A stretch of 64,000 bases of DNA from Octopus sinensis (GCF_006345805.1 NC_042997.1:109988001-110052000); one strand, 5' to 3'; positions 10,524 through 23,981 are shown, counted from the first letter of the stretch. Program-made: numbers and translations. The notes: generated by a model from the sequence alone, not told the origin.

Positions 10524-12778
10524 TATTGTATAATATCAAGCTATTTGCTATTCACATGCTTGACATTGAAAAAAATTGCTGATGGCCAAGTCGTTGGCTT
10601 TCTTCAGTTGTGTGTATTTTCTACAAGAATTATACTCATGTAGCATGGAGACCAAGGCTTAGCTATGTAATTAAACAATTCGCTTTGCGACTATAAGGTT
10701 TCGGGTTCGGTTCTATTGCATGGCACATTGAATATCTCCTACTAAAACCTCGAGTCGAGGAAATTTCTGTAAAAGAAATTTGGCGATCAAAATTTGTATG
10801 AAAGCTGATCGGAGGGACAGTGGCTGATTTTTTAAAGAGAATTAATACATTATCTTGTTCGATGTCCCTACCAGATCCTCGGACATCTTTACAGAAAATG
10901 ACCAATTTGTGGTGAGCACACGACCATGTCTTCGGTTCGAGGATAACTGTCTCTCTTTCCCCACTAGGAACGGCTACCCTGATAAGTACCATGTGTACTG
11001 TTCATCCTTTCATTACTAAGTTATTATTAAAGAAGTTCTTAATCCTAACACTCCGTTGAAATTACCATAATTCTGTTAATTCACTGGAGAATGGGGTTTT
11101 TATTGTAATCTGGTTCCTGAAAGTGATCCTTGGAAATTCTTGGAGTATTGTTTTAATGAAGCCTAAGGAATAATTTAATATTGCAGCTATTGTATGAGGT
11201 TGAAATTTTGAAAAAAGGCAGAAAAATTGCTGCGGTGAATACAAAGTTAATTTCTTATGAATTAGCAATCACCTGATCAAAATTTCCGTTAATTCAACAA
11301 AAGACGTCGTACGTGTTGCAAATCAAAATTGTTTTTTATTTCCAAATAAATTAATCGCTTAATTGTTTACTCTGCTGCAATAATTATAAATCTTCATTTC
11401 TGAATTTGGTTTGCAAGATTCTAGATGTGAACTCGTGGGACCCTTCCTAGATGTAACGAGATAATTATAAATATTATTTCAATAACCAAGGTGTCTTAGT
11501 TTAACTTTTAGTCCTATGATTCTGTCGTTAATTTATCGCCAGTGAATCGACCTCTACATTAGCCATCTTGTCTATCCATCGCATATAACAATCTCTCCTT
11601 CATGGTGACACAAGGAGACGCAGATGGTGAGCTTGAACTCAAAGCCCATTCATCGGTTGTGTATCAACTAATTCACTTGGCCATTTCTCAAGTTTCCCCT
11701 TCTCTTAACCAGGATTCGTTGACCGAAATAATCACCTTGTTTAACAAGTACCTTTATGATCCAGAGGGAGGTCTAAGCCAAGTGCATTGACAAGAATAAC
11801 CTGACGTTATAGTTTTATCGGCACTTCAGGAACGAAAACCAAAAAGGAACTTGAACGGAATTGAACCCGTTATACAGTAGGTTGAATATGAAATACTATC
11901 AGTTATAAAAAGCAACATTATTTTAATCCTCCCTTGCTGAACATTTTATTTCAGTCCCATATACATATACACTACATTAACATATTATAGAATGAAAAAA
12001 AAATGGAACAAATAAGAAAATCCCATTTGTATCCTATTCTTTTCTACTTGAGAGGAAATACCCGGGTAGATTCGGTAGATTCCATATCCACTTCCTGAGA
12101 TAAAAACGAATTGGTGTACCTTTTGTTTTTGTTTGTTTTGTTTTTTTGCTTGCTTTAAATCTTAATTTTCTTTTTCATATCTGAAATATGGAACCGTAGA
12201 TGCTGTCATAATGGAATTTTGTAGCAGTTCATTGGATGATGCATCGCCGACAGATTGTAGGAAGGTGATGTATATTGGTGATAGCAGCAGGTTAAAAGGG
12301 CAGAATGAAGCGGAGCTGAAATTCAGATATTGGGTTTATCAGAAACCTTTAAGATTTGTTTTATTTAATCTGTTTATGAATATTTAATGTTATCAATATT
12401 GCCTGATGATCGATTTACTTTATTTCTTGACGTTCATCTAACAATTAATCTCAAAAGTTACTTGATTCATCATTATTTAAGAACACACCGCCACATCCAG
12501 AACACAACAATCACACACACAAGCGTGCACACATAACGCACACACACACACACACACACACACAATTCACAAGCGGTTCCAAATACGTACCCATGTTTAC
12601 TGTTGTAATAGCTGATTTCATTAAAAAAGATAAGTAAAAAAACGACGAGGTCTCAAGAATAATGCTAAGAATGGAAACATTAGGAAAATCTGGATTGACG
12701 ATTTCTTTACAAACACTAAGTTACATATTAGTATTAAACTGCTCAGTATTTTGTTTGTTGTAATGAAACATGCAATAG

Positions 12779-12884
<106 letters not shown>

Positions 12885-13053
12885 GAGAGAGAGAGAGAGA
12901 GAGAGAGAGATGAGTGTATTTTTACCTTGTTAACAATTAACACGGAAATAAATAGTTACCAGGATAGCAAAAATTTCATAAGTAAAGATGTTGTAACTCC
13001 TTGTTTATAAAGGTAGAAACTTCGTGTTTACGTGGAATATTTTGAATAATATA

Positions 13054-13178
13054 TAAATAAATGGAGTTTAACGCAGGTGTAAATCAAATATTTTTACTCT
13101 CGACACAGTGGAATTTTCGAAACATGTGTCGAAAGTAAAAATATTTGATTTACACCTGCGTTAAACTCCATTTATTTA
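13054..13178. repeat. Hairpin palindrome, 54-bp arms, 17-nt loop
   Basis: 13054-13107 is the reverse complement of 13125-13178 with 1 mismatch. Confidence 0.9.
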
Positions 13179-13943
13179 TTCATGTCTAATTCCGAAATTT
13201 GTTGTATTCGGAATTCACTTAGATATTCCTTTGCCTGTTTTGTTACTGAGTATGATGCTTTCTTGTTTTCGTGTTTTGAGACAAGTTTTAACATACAGTC
13301 CTCAGAGGTTTTCAGGTAGGTGTCTAGGCCAATTGTAGCAATCTTCATTGTTATTGCCAGTTGTAAAAGTCCACGGCCTCCCTCTTTTCTTGGCAGATAA
13401 AGTCGTTCTGTATCTCCCTTAGGTTGGTGCATTCTATGCATTGCCAACAGTTTTCGTATTTTTCTGTCAAGATTACATATTTCAGTAATTGACCAGTTAA
13501 CGATATTGAAATTGTAAGTCACGACTGGTATGGCTAAAGCATTGATCGCTTCGATCCTGTTTCTCGCATTCAGCTCTGTCTTGAGTATTGCTCTTACTCT
13601 GCGATGACATTCTCTCCTGATCCTTTCCTTCATCACTGAATACCTTATTCCGTCCCCCTCAATTACCCCTAGGTACTTCTAGCTCTCCGCTGGGTCTAAT
13701 TCTTTTATGACATTCTGCTGGTCAAGGTTAACGTTAGATGTTTCTGTCATTTTTCCTTTGATAAAGGTAGCTTTTGCACATTTATCGAGGGCAAATTGCA
13801 TTCTGATGTCATCACTGAATTGCTTAACAATCGCCAGTAAGCCCTTGAGTTGTTGGTTATTTTTTGCAAAGAGCTTTAAATCATCCATGTAAATGAGATG
13901 ATTTATATTTTTATCAAACATTTTATATCCGTACTGCGCATCT
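13179..13943 (-). mobile_element. R4/Dong-clade non-LTR RT fragment
   Basis: INHLIYMDDLKLFAKN...FALDKCAK and LNARNRIEAINALAIPVVTY...LYLPRKEGGRGLLQL; 5' end abuts (TAA)n. Confidence 0.92.
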
Positions 13944-13971
13944 ATTATTAATATTATTATTATTATTATTA

Positions 13972-14013
<42 letters not shown>

Positions 14014-14054
14014 TATTATTATTATTATTGTTATTATTATCATTATTATCATTA
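13944..14054. repeat. (ATT)n microsatellite
   Basis: Direct reading. Confidence 0.97.
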
Positions 14055-14240
14055 TTCAGGTCACTGCCTGGAATCCAACTCGGAATCTTGGGGTTAGTAG
14101 CCCAGGTTCAAAATTTCCCCCAAGGTACCTGATGAAGGCTGGAGGGTACAACAGCCGAAACGTGTTAACAACAAACAAGAGGAGGACAAATATCCGTCAA
14201 ATGTAAATAATGTAAATAATGTAAATAATATAAATAATTC
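14055..14240 (+). mobile_element. Composite small element: antisense tRNA-like half, hammerhead core, (AATGTAAAT)n tail
   Basis: Reverse complement of 14055-14103 reads GGGCTACTAACCCCAAGATTCCGAGTTGGATTCC (anticodon arm plus B-box); hammerhead core at 14129-14161; tandem tail at about 14198-14240. Confidence 0.55.
14126..14166 (+). ncRNA. Minimal hammerhead ribozyme core (catalytic core intact, cleavage site apparently degenerate)
   Basis: CTGATGA A GGCTG GAGGGTACAA CAGCC GAAAC GT; perfect 5-bp stem II; the nucleotide at the cleavage position is G, or has been deleted. Confidence 0.65.
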
Positions 14241-14394
14241 CTCATCTCTTAAATATAGAACTGCATGGTATGGATGTTAATAATTGTAGCATCGGTTGGC
14301 ATGGTTTCGTGTATTGTATATGCAGCGGTTTGGGTTCTACTCCAGGTGGTTCTTGTGATGTTTTTGCTCTGATTTTGGTGTATGAGGCTTTGGC

Positions 14395-14812
14395 TTTTGT
14401 GGTGTTGTGGTTGTTATGTTATTGTGGTCGTTGTGGTATTTTGGTTGTTGTGGTTGTTGTGGTATTTTGGTTGTTGTGGTTGTTATGGTAGTGTGGTTGT
14501 TGTGGTATTGAGATTGTTGTGGTTGTTGTGGTTGTTATGTTGTTGTGGTATTGTGGTTGTTGTGGTTGTTATGGTATTGTGGTTGTTGTGGTATTGAGAT
14601 TGTTGTGGTTGTTGTGGTTGTTATGGTATTTTGGTTGTTGTGGTATTGTGGTTGTTGTGGTTGTTATGGTATTTTGGTTGTTGTGGTATTTTGGTTGTTG
14701 TGGTTGTTATGGTATTTTGGTTGTTGTGGTTGCTATAGTTTGCGGTTGTTGTGGTATTGTGTTTGTTGTGGCATTGTTGTTGTTGTGGTTGTTGTGGTTG
14801 TTATGGTATTGT
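14395..14812. repeat. GT-rich minisatellite built from GGTTGTTGT / GGTTGTTAT / GGTATT(T/G)T modules
   Basis: Direct reading; mixed 8- and 9-bp modules. Confidence 0.93.
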
Positions 14813-15171
14813 GCTTATTATATTACATTGGTTGTCGTGGTTAATGTTGATTTTAGATTTTGCGGTTACAGTTGTGGTTTTATGTGTATGTTTTTTTGCA
14901 ACTGTTTTTGCTGTTGTTGTTGTTGCTGCTGTGAAGGACTTCTTTGTATTTCCCTGTGTGTGTGTTTCAACGTCCGAAAGAGCTCGGACAGGGAGCAGCG
15001 TTTCATTTTTAATGTCATTATGATTGTACATTCTCTTCTCCATCGTTCTAATTACTTCGATGAATATCTATCGATTTTATTAGTCGTTGACATATGGAAC
15101 AGCCTCAACCTCCACCTTTACCCAACCCTTCCTATTCAAATCTCTCTCTCACAACCCCACTCTCTCCTTTT

Positions 15172-15207
<36 letters not shown>

Positions 15208-15239
15208 TAGTTCTCTATCATTCTCTCCCTCCCTAGCAA

Positions 15240-15452
15240 TCTATTTCTTTATTTATCTATGTATGTATCTATATATCTACCTATCTCTTTCTCTATCTAT
15301 GTATCTGTCTGTCTGTCTCTCTCTCTTCCTCTATCATCTATCTATCTATCTATCTATCTATATACATATATATATATATATATTTATATATATATTTATA
15401 TATACACACACACACATCTGCCTGTCTGTCTGTCTATCTATCTATCTATCTG

Positions 15453-15496
<44 letters not shown>

Positions 15497-15548
15497 CATA
15501 TATATATATATATATATTTATATATACACACACACACACATCTGCCTG

Positions 15549-15639
<91 letters not shown>

Positions 15640-15640
15640 C
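15240..15640. repeat. Compound (TATC)n/(TA)n/(CA)n array with an internal duplication
   Basis: Direct reading; the block ...CATATATATA...TATACACACACACATCTGCCTGTC occurs twice. Confidence 0.93.
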
Positions 15641-16016
15641 CGTTTTCTATTTGTCTTCCCTATTTAATTTGTTCCACATTCAATGTTTTTTCTGTTTTTG
15701 TTTCTTCTCGAAACTGATTGGGTGTTTTTGCTATTTGTTTTTCAGCTGTTTTTGTTTCCTCATAAAATTTTTATTCAGAGAAGGTCGCCGAAAAGGTCAG
15801 AGATGGCTTCATTCTAAACATTTAACCAGGATTTTCTACAAGATCGATATATTATTTCCTAGTCTGGGCATCAGGAACACACAGAGAATTCTTATTCCAT
15901 GCTATTGTTTACCAAATATTCCAGCCATATCTAAATATGGCTAATGGTTATTATTATAATTGCAGCAACAACAACAGCAACGAAAACAACTAAATAATAA
16001 TAATAAAAAATAAATA

Positions 16017-16062
<46 letters not shown>

Positions 16063-16063
16063 T

Positions 16064-16300
16064 ATGGCATTAATAACAACCATATTCTTAGATATGCCAA
16101 TCGAAACAGCGGGAAGATTTAGGTTCTAATCAACCGGATATAGTTATCAAGGAAAACAAGAAAAGTAAATGCCTCCAGACCGATGTATCAAACCCAATAA
16201 GTGATAATGTATCTTTCTAAGAAATAGAGAAATGATATAAATATAAAGATCTGGAAATAAAGATAACCAGATTGTGGGGACCCAAAAGCAAATTAAAATA
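16064..16300 (+). mobile_element. R4/Dong-clade RLE endonuclease fragment
   Basis: With frameshifts reads DMPIET...NQPDIVIKENKK.KCL..DVSNP...EK.YKYKDLEIKITRLW (PD..D/E-K type RLE); 5' end abuts (AAT)n at about 16010-16061. Confidence 0.75.
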
Positions 16301-16454
16301 TTATTGATCGACAACAGTTTTATCTCAGATCTTTAGATGGTTGATCTAATTCCACTTTATGAAATATGGAAGCAGATTGTTGTAATCAGGTTTAGATCTT
16401 TGTGTGACCTTGTCATTTTATCTTTTTTATCTTTTCTCGTTTGGCATTTATCTT

Positions 16455-16676
16455 CTACGTTCTTCAGTCATTAGACTGCGGCCATGCTGGGGCACCGTTT
16501 CCAAGAGGTTTTAGCTAAATGAATCGAATCCAACACTTATTCTTTTTAGAGCCTGGTACTTTATCGGTTTGCTTCTGTCGTATCGCTAGGTTACGGGACG
16601 TAAACATGCCAGCACCGGTTGTCAAGCGATGGTGGAAAACAGACACGATCACAAAGACACACACACACATCTATGA

Positions 16677-16718
<42 letters not shown>

Positions 16719-16876
16719 GACAGGCTTCCTTTAGTTTCCGTCAACCAAATCCACTCACAAGACTTTGGTCTTCACGTGGCTATAGTCGAAGATACTTGCC
16801 CAAGGTGTCACGCAGTGGGACTGAACCCGGAACCAAGTGGTTGAGAAACAAGCGTCTTACCGCACAGCCACGCCTA
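16455..16876 (-). mobile_element. SINE F2, near full length
   Basis: Same architecture as 31749-32206. Confidence 0.88.
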
Positions 16877-16924
16877 CGCCTATATTCATTTTCCTTTTTT
16901 TATTTAACATAATCACTAATTGAA

Positions 16925-17080
16925 GTGCTGGATCGATCCCAAAATCTAATCACGAGGCCAAACATCCCTGAAAGTTTTATCCGAATCCATCCAGCAGTTA
17001 TTGAGATATCTTGTCCACGAACAAACAAATAAACAAACACGACTGAAACAATACCCCTGCCTTCGCTAAGGCGGAGGGAA
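16925..17080 (+). mobile_element. Non-autonomous element with subterminal hairpin (Helentron/HINE-like?), copy 1
   Basis: Homologous to 47585-47834; ends AACAATACCCCTGCCTTCGCTAAGGCGGAGGGAA. Confidence 0.5.
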
Positions 17081-17304
17081 TATGTATGAAGTATTAACTT
17101 TTATGCAAACTTTGTATAGAGTTTCTTCTATTGGTAAGCACTTGCAGCTAAAATGATAACACCAATACAGTTGAAATACACCACAAATTGCTCTCAGTGT
17201 GTATATTAGAAACGATGAATGTGTGAAAATACCTCTAACCATCGGCCATCCTGTACTGGTTTGCAGCTAAAATTATTATCTAGATATTATTATATAATGA
17301 TACA

Positions 17305-17553
17305 AAGGCGAACGGCGGGTAGAATCTTTAACAAACCGGACAAACTGCTTTCCGGCATTTTGTCCGTCTTCGCGTTCTGAGTTTAAATTTCACCGAGGTT
17401 GACTTTGCATTTTATCCTTTCAAGTTCGATGAAAAAAAGGTACCAGTTGAGCACTGGGGACAATAAAATGAGAACCAGAAGTTTTTACTGGGGTCAGTGT
17501 AATCGACTTACCTACTTTCCAGAAATTGCTGGCTTTGTGCCGAAATTTGAAAG
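17305..17553 (+). mobile_element. SINE F1 (tail type B)
   Basis: F1 head and central domain; tail AAATTGCTGGCTTTGTGCCGAAATTTGAAA. Confidence 0.85.
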
Positions 17554-18215
17554 CAATATAAGATCTTGCAATCTCATTCACTATATACTTAACCCTGTGC
17601 TTTCGTTCAGTGTTTTTTTTTTTCCTTGTTGATATTAGATATCATTCTGGGGTCCACGGCAACAGAGTGCTAATCCCGCTGGATTTAATTGTACCCTCAG
17701 ATGAAAGGACGGAAGAGGCTCCGAAGAGGGAAGATAACCAAGAACTAAGTGTTAGGAGAAAGCTGTCTCAACAATGAGTGGAGAACAAGGATTTTGCCAG
17801 TGTAGTTGGCTGTGGAGGGTTTCCAGGTTGTACTCTGATTAGTGATCGCGCAGAATAAAGAGTCATCGAGAAGAATGTAGAGCAGCTGAAAAAGTGCTAA
17901 GATGGCTAAGAAGGGGGGATCAGATGCGGTTAGTAGAATACTGCCGAGGTATACTCGACCTCCTTCGATTCGCCTTGACAAGGGTGTTTGTTGTAAGACC
18001 CGAAAAATCCACTGACATCAAGAAACAACGCAACCGATGTATCCAAACATAGCATCTGGACATGGAGTTCGAACCTGCTGTTCCCAGTTCACATTATATT
18101 CATCTTCCTCTTCTTTATAGCTCATTTTTATATCTTCATTCTATTTTATCCCCTCAGACATTAATTTTCGTTTATTTCACTCTGTCTCTTCGATGTTCAT
18201 TCTTTTTATCGTTTA

Positions 18216-18575
18216 AAACGGCGGTGTTTCGTCTGTCTTTACGTTCTGAGTTCAAATTCCGCCGAGGTCGACTTTACATTTCACCGTTTCGAGAGTCGAT
18301 AAATTACATACCTATTTCTTTACTACCCACAAGGGACTATACACAAAGAGGACAAACAAGGACAAACAAACGGATTAAGTCGATTATATCGACCCCAGTG
18401 CGTAACTGGTACTTATTTAATCGACCCCGAAAGGATGAAAGGCAAAGTCGACCCCTGCGGAATTTGAACTCAGGAAGTAGCGGCAATAAATTAAATACCA
18501 GTTGCGTACTGGTGTCGATCTAATCGGCTGGACCCCTACCCCAAAATTTCGGTACTTGGGCTTAGAGTAGAAAGA
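18216..18575 (+). mobile_element. SINE F1-B host split by an antisense F1-A insertion (18313-18484, minus)
   Basis: Host halves rejoin at ATAAATTA(C/A)ATACC, duplicated at 18299-18312 and 18486-18499. Confidence 0.85.
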
Positions 18576-19484
18576 TCCTTTTATTCTTTAACGTTTCTTC
18601 ATTGTTTATTCTTGCGGGTCAATTTTTATGCTATTTTTTTACCTTATTTCTATTTCTTTTCAACCTTTCAGGCCTTGTTTTTCTATACTAAAAGCAATTA
18701 TTACGCGCCTCGCTTCTTTCTTAGAATCCAACTTGATCTTTGTCTTATCCCCCCCTTTCCCGACCACTGTCTTATCGTTTTGTTTTTAAAACTAACCAAC
18801 TCAGTATCTGTGGTAAACATCATCCATGACCACAATAGCAAACAGAATGAGCAAATGAAAAAGGGCCAGAGTAAAATGCCCTGTTTTATGAGTTTTTTGT
18901 TGTTGTTTTTGCCGCTCTGAGAAATCGTTACTCGATATCCTAAAAGTAGAAGTTAGTCGACTTTTCCTAAACTTATTCATACCTTAAGAAAGAGCTCATT
19001 GGATACTTTAATAGCAGAAACAATGTGTAGACACAGGTCTGAGCAGGGGTAGTGGATATGATCGATTTTTGCAATTACGAGATTCTTTGTCCAATGTCCA
19101 ATCGAACTGTGCGATATCTTGGATCAGTACCTTTTCTATGACATCGACTTGACCAATGGCTTGGGGATAAAATTTGGTAAATGGAAATAGTGAAGAATTC
19201 CAACCCTATTAAAGGAGGACCGTCCTGTAGAATAAACTGAAGTCTGGAGGAGGGAAATAGTACACCGTTTCTATAATAATGGACTAAGAAAAACCTTTAT
19301 GGAACGGCATGTCTTTAAAAACAATGTACATTTAAAAATGGAGGATGGTCACGGTTGGAAAGCATTAATAGATCTTTCATCCGAGCAACGACAATCACGA
19401 GAGGTCTGTAAGGGATATCGCATGAGGCAAAGGTATCATCTCTCGCTACAGACAGTCATATCAGGCAATTCGAATTAAAAGCAG

Positions 19485-19534
19485 CAGCATCAGTAGTAGT
19501 AGCAGCAGCGGCAGAAGTAGTAGTAGTAGTTCTG

Positions 19535-19570
<36 letters not shown>

Positions 19571-19662
19571 AAAGCAGCAGTAGTAGTTGCAGCAGCAGGG
19601 ACAGCAGCAGCAGCAGTAGTAGCAGCACCAGCAACAGCAACAGGGACAGCAGCAGCAGCCGC

Positions 19663-19708
<46 letters not shown>

Positions 19709-19710
19709 CT
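19485..19710. repeat. (AGT)n/(AGC)n trinucleotide array
   Basis: Direct reading. Confidence 0.95.
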
Positions 19711-20429
19711 TAGAATGTCAGTGAAATATGAATGAAGACGACGACGACGACGACTACGATAACAGCAAAAGAGCAGCTGATGTTGACGTCATCAAAGATG
19801 GCGTTAGTGTCGGCTGTTGGAATCGATTGTCATGTAACGATGATAATTTCTCCGTTTTTCACATCTATTCCATACACACATTTCCAACTGTACGGAGTCT
19901 TTTCTCGCTAACTTAACGTTATAAACCGTATTAAATATTTAATATTCACGCGAGAACTGTTTTCCCCTCTCCATTGCACGCCAGATAAACGGCCATTTTC
20001 CACATACATCACGTGTGTCAATGTACATAAGATATTGCTTATCAACTAATTAGCATATTCTCTCCATTCTTTTTACATATGTTCCACTAAATCATTCCGA
20101 TTTCGTTCCGGTTTCTCTTGTTGTTTTTGTTGTTGTTGTTGCGGTTTCTGTGGGGGGAAAGATGGGAGAATGATGGAAGCTTTCATTGGCTTTTACATTT
20201 TCCAATCATTTCTTTCAACCTTTTTTCTGTCGCTTTTTACATTCTTTTGATTCTTTTATTTTTTTATATTTTACTATTTTCAATTTCTTTATATTTTTGT
20301 CGTATTTTAATTATATATTTATGCTACAATTTACTATATTCATTTTATTTATTTGTTTATTTTTTATATAACTAGTTTATATTTTTATAATTTTGTTATA
20401 TATTTTTTCAACTCTTCTTTCTATTCATC

Positions 20430-20479
<50 letters not shown>

Positions 20480-20591
20480 CACGTCTGTTATTTAGTTTGT
20501 TTTTGGTTTGATTTCCTTCAGCTTTTATTTTTCTTCTTTCTAGCTTTCATTTTCTTCACACTTTTCTTAGAACTGTACTCATAAATTTTAC

Positions 20592-20675
<84 letters not shown>

Positions 20676-22574
20676 CTACATATGTCAGTCTGTATATCTA
20701 TCTGCCTAACTACCTACCCCTATCCCCATATATATAATCTAACTTACCAAACTAAAGCCACTTTTTTCTTTATCTTTGAATTTCTTCTCCATGTTTTTAC
20801 TTTCTTTGTTCTTCTATATTTATTTGAAGACATTTTGTTATTTTTCTTATTTATTTTATGCATATTCTAAACTCTATGTAAATGTGAAATAATTGTTAAT
20901 GCCACACACAAAAAAAAACACTTATACGCACGCGCACACATATATACACACACACATAGACCGAGCAACCGATGTATAATGAAAATAAATGATGATAGAC
21001 AAGAACACATGTATATCACATATACGGGGGAATAAATCATATAACCACTTGTTCGAGCAAGGAAACACACACACACACACATACACACACACGTTCGAAC
21101 ATACATTCGCATAGAAGCACATACACATAAATACACAGGACAATAAACGCGCCCATATACACAAACACTTATGCTGACTGCCGTAGACTATTCTCAAGAC
21201 ATGAAGCCACAAAAGCCTTCATTTTCAGAGTCTACAAGAGCAGGTTCGTTACCGGGTCAGTCTTCCTTGGGAAAATGCCTTCTGCCTGTGCTTTGTGCTG
21301 ACCTAAGTCTTGTGAGTAAAATTTGGTACACAGAATCTCTGTGAAAACAATTCCTGTTTCCGGGTGATTAGTCGGTGCCTTTGACTGAGACGATTCTGTT
21401 GGAAGCTTTCAGGTCCAAGGACAAATTCTTATTTCAAACACCCTAACCCCTAAACATACACTTCCCCTGCAGCTCTTGGTGTGTATCACTGCGTTCCCTT
21501 CCTCCTCTAAATAATCCCACTAAAGGGATCTACAAGCGATTAACACTTGAAACAATAATCTAATGGAATTATGATCATTTTGAATGTTTTTGCCCTTGCA
21601 TACTGTAAGGAACTGTGCCTCCCCTTTACCTTAATGAAATTATTATTTGCAACCGGATGTGCCATGTGCTGAATGTCATGAGGTGAAGTTTAAGGAGCAA
21701 CCCTTAAAAGAGGCATTTGCTTAACATTTTGCCGTATTGAAATAGCGAGAAATGCAAAAAAAAAAAAGGACGGGAGAGTCATGGCTGGATCTAAACTATA
21801 ATTTAGAGACGATGTATGGAACTTTAGAGGCAACATTAGAGGCAACAAGCTTTTCAGCCATAATTAGAAAAGGTTACATAGAGACCTTATCTGGGATATC
21901 CTCGATTGGACAACCTTTAGGAATTTTTCAACAATGTGCTATACAGATGTCGATCTTGAATTTCTTACCAAGCAACAATTGACGGCCATTAACCACCATC
22001 GAGGAAGCAAATGAGGAGAACAGAAATAAAAATGAGAAGAAATTGTCTATACTGTTGTTGCTGTATGTATGTATGTATGTATGTACACAAACTCACTCAC
22101 ACACTCACGCATACACACACACACATACAAACATATAAACGTACGTGCCTGCGTGGGTCGGAATCGAACACTGTAATCGTATGGCCATGCTTTTATGAGT
22201 GTGTGTATCTGTGTAGATATGTGTGTGTGTGTGTTTGTGTGTGTATGTATGCGTTTACGTTGGAACATACACAACAATATCGATAATTTTATCGCATTTT
22301 TTCTTTTCTTGTCTCCTTCTTTAGTTCCTTAGTGCGTACATTCATGCATTTACATACACATTCACACTAACATATACGCTCATATGCTGTTACTTGTTAC
22401 CAATCAACTGTACAACGCATGTACACATGCAAACATAAACATACACAGATACAGAGACGCAGGAACATACCCAGAATTCCCGTACACAAATACTGACACA
22501 TACACATACGTATACATATAAACGCTTGCACGGCAATACATTCACTAATATGTGCGGACTTATATACACCAATT

Positions 22575-22609
<35 letters not shown>

Positions 22610-22671
22610 GGAGGGGGAGTAGTGTATAGATTTATAGATAGAAAGATGGATAGATACATATACATATAAGT

Positions 22672-22731
<60 letters not shown>

Positions 22732-23013
22732 GCAGACAGACAGATACATACATGCTTACATAAATACATTTATACATACGTACGTACGAACGTACATACA
22801 TACATACATACATACATAGGTGTAGACAAATGTGTACGTCTCTTCGCCCGACCCACAAATAAACACACTCACATACAGACACACACACATACGTGCACGA
22901 CTTTATATTCATACACATATACATAATATGTATGCGTAGACATATGCATACAACATACACACACACGTATATACATATATATACATACATATACATATAT
23001 ATACATACATACA

Positions 23014-23057
<44 letters not shown>

Positions 23058-23402
23058 CGACATACCCATGAACAAATGACAGCATATGCGCATGGATATA
23101 TGCATATATTCCATTCAAGAGTTTAATACACACACATCCGTATATGTGTCCATGTACGTGTGTGTGTGTGTGTGTGTATGTGCAGATAGCAGAGCCATTT
23201 AATAAAGTCATATTGATGAGACGTATCCGGTTATGCAAATTAATAATAAATCTCGCCGTTTCTCATTTCTTAATAACGTTTCAGCGTGAGTCATTGTATA
23301 TGGCGGTGTTTTGTGGTTTGCATCAGAACGGCGGTAATCAATACATGCATACGCACACACAGATACACACAGATTTATAAAAACACAAATGCACTCAGAT
23401 AT

Positions 23403-23442
<40 letters not shown>

Positions 23443-23564
23443 CAAACACACACACACAAATACAAACACTGACACCAGTTATGCATCGTTCTACGTGCAA
23501 CACAAATGATTTGTTGAGATACTTAACGGAACACAAAATACGAACAAGGATAGATTTCTTTATC

Positions 23565-23981
23565 TATTTCTTTATTGCCCACAAGGGGGCTAAACATAGA
23601 GGGGACAAACAAGGGCAGACAAACGGATTAAGTCGGTTACATTAACATTAGTGCGTAACTGGTACTTATCTAATCGACCCTGAAAGGATGAAAAGCAAAG
23701 TCGACCTCGGCAGAATTTGAACGTAGAACGTAAAGGCAGACGAAATACTTATTTCTTTACTACCTACAAGGGGCTAAACAAAGAGAGAACAAACAAGGAC
23801 AGACAAACGGATTAAGTCGATTACATCGACCCCAGTGCGTAACTGGTACTTATTTAATCTACCCCGAAAGGATGAAAGACAAAGTCGACCTCGGCGGAAT
23901 TTGAACTCAGAACGTAGCTGCAGGCGAAATACCGCTAAGTATTTCGCCCGGCGTGCTCACGTTTCTGCCAGCTGGTCGCCC
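23565..23981 (-). mobile_element. Two stacked F1-A SINEs (23565-23748 lacking its head; 23749-23981 full length)
   Basis: Both carry the tail-A reverse complement TATTTCTTTA..(G/A)CC(C/T)ACAAGGGG..CTAAAC; the second begins inside the first at GACGAAATAC(T). Confidence 0.88.

Noticed and set aside
14395-14812. Regularly spaced repeats considered as CRISPR-like (also 9880-9950)
   Set aside because: No unique spacers, no cas genes, eukaryotic context; ordinary minisatellites
14519-15667. 382-aa ORF and overlapping Cys/Gly-rich ORFs that resemble keratin-associated proteins
   Set aside because: Read-through of a GT-rich minisatellite and (TATC)n; the 8/9-bp modules do not keep frame and lack stops only through composition
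17650-18060. GC-richer block with TGTAAGACCCG, a possible LTR start
   Set aside because: No second LTR, primer-binding site, polypurine tract or gag/pol similarity visible
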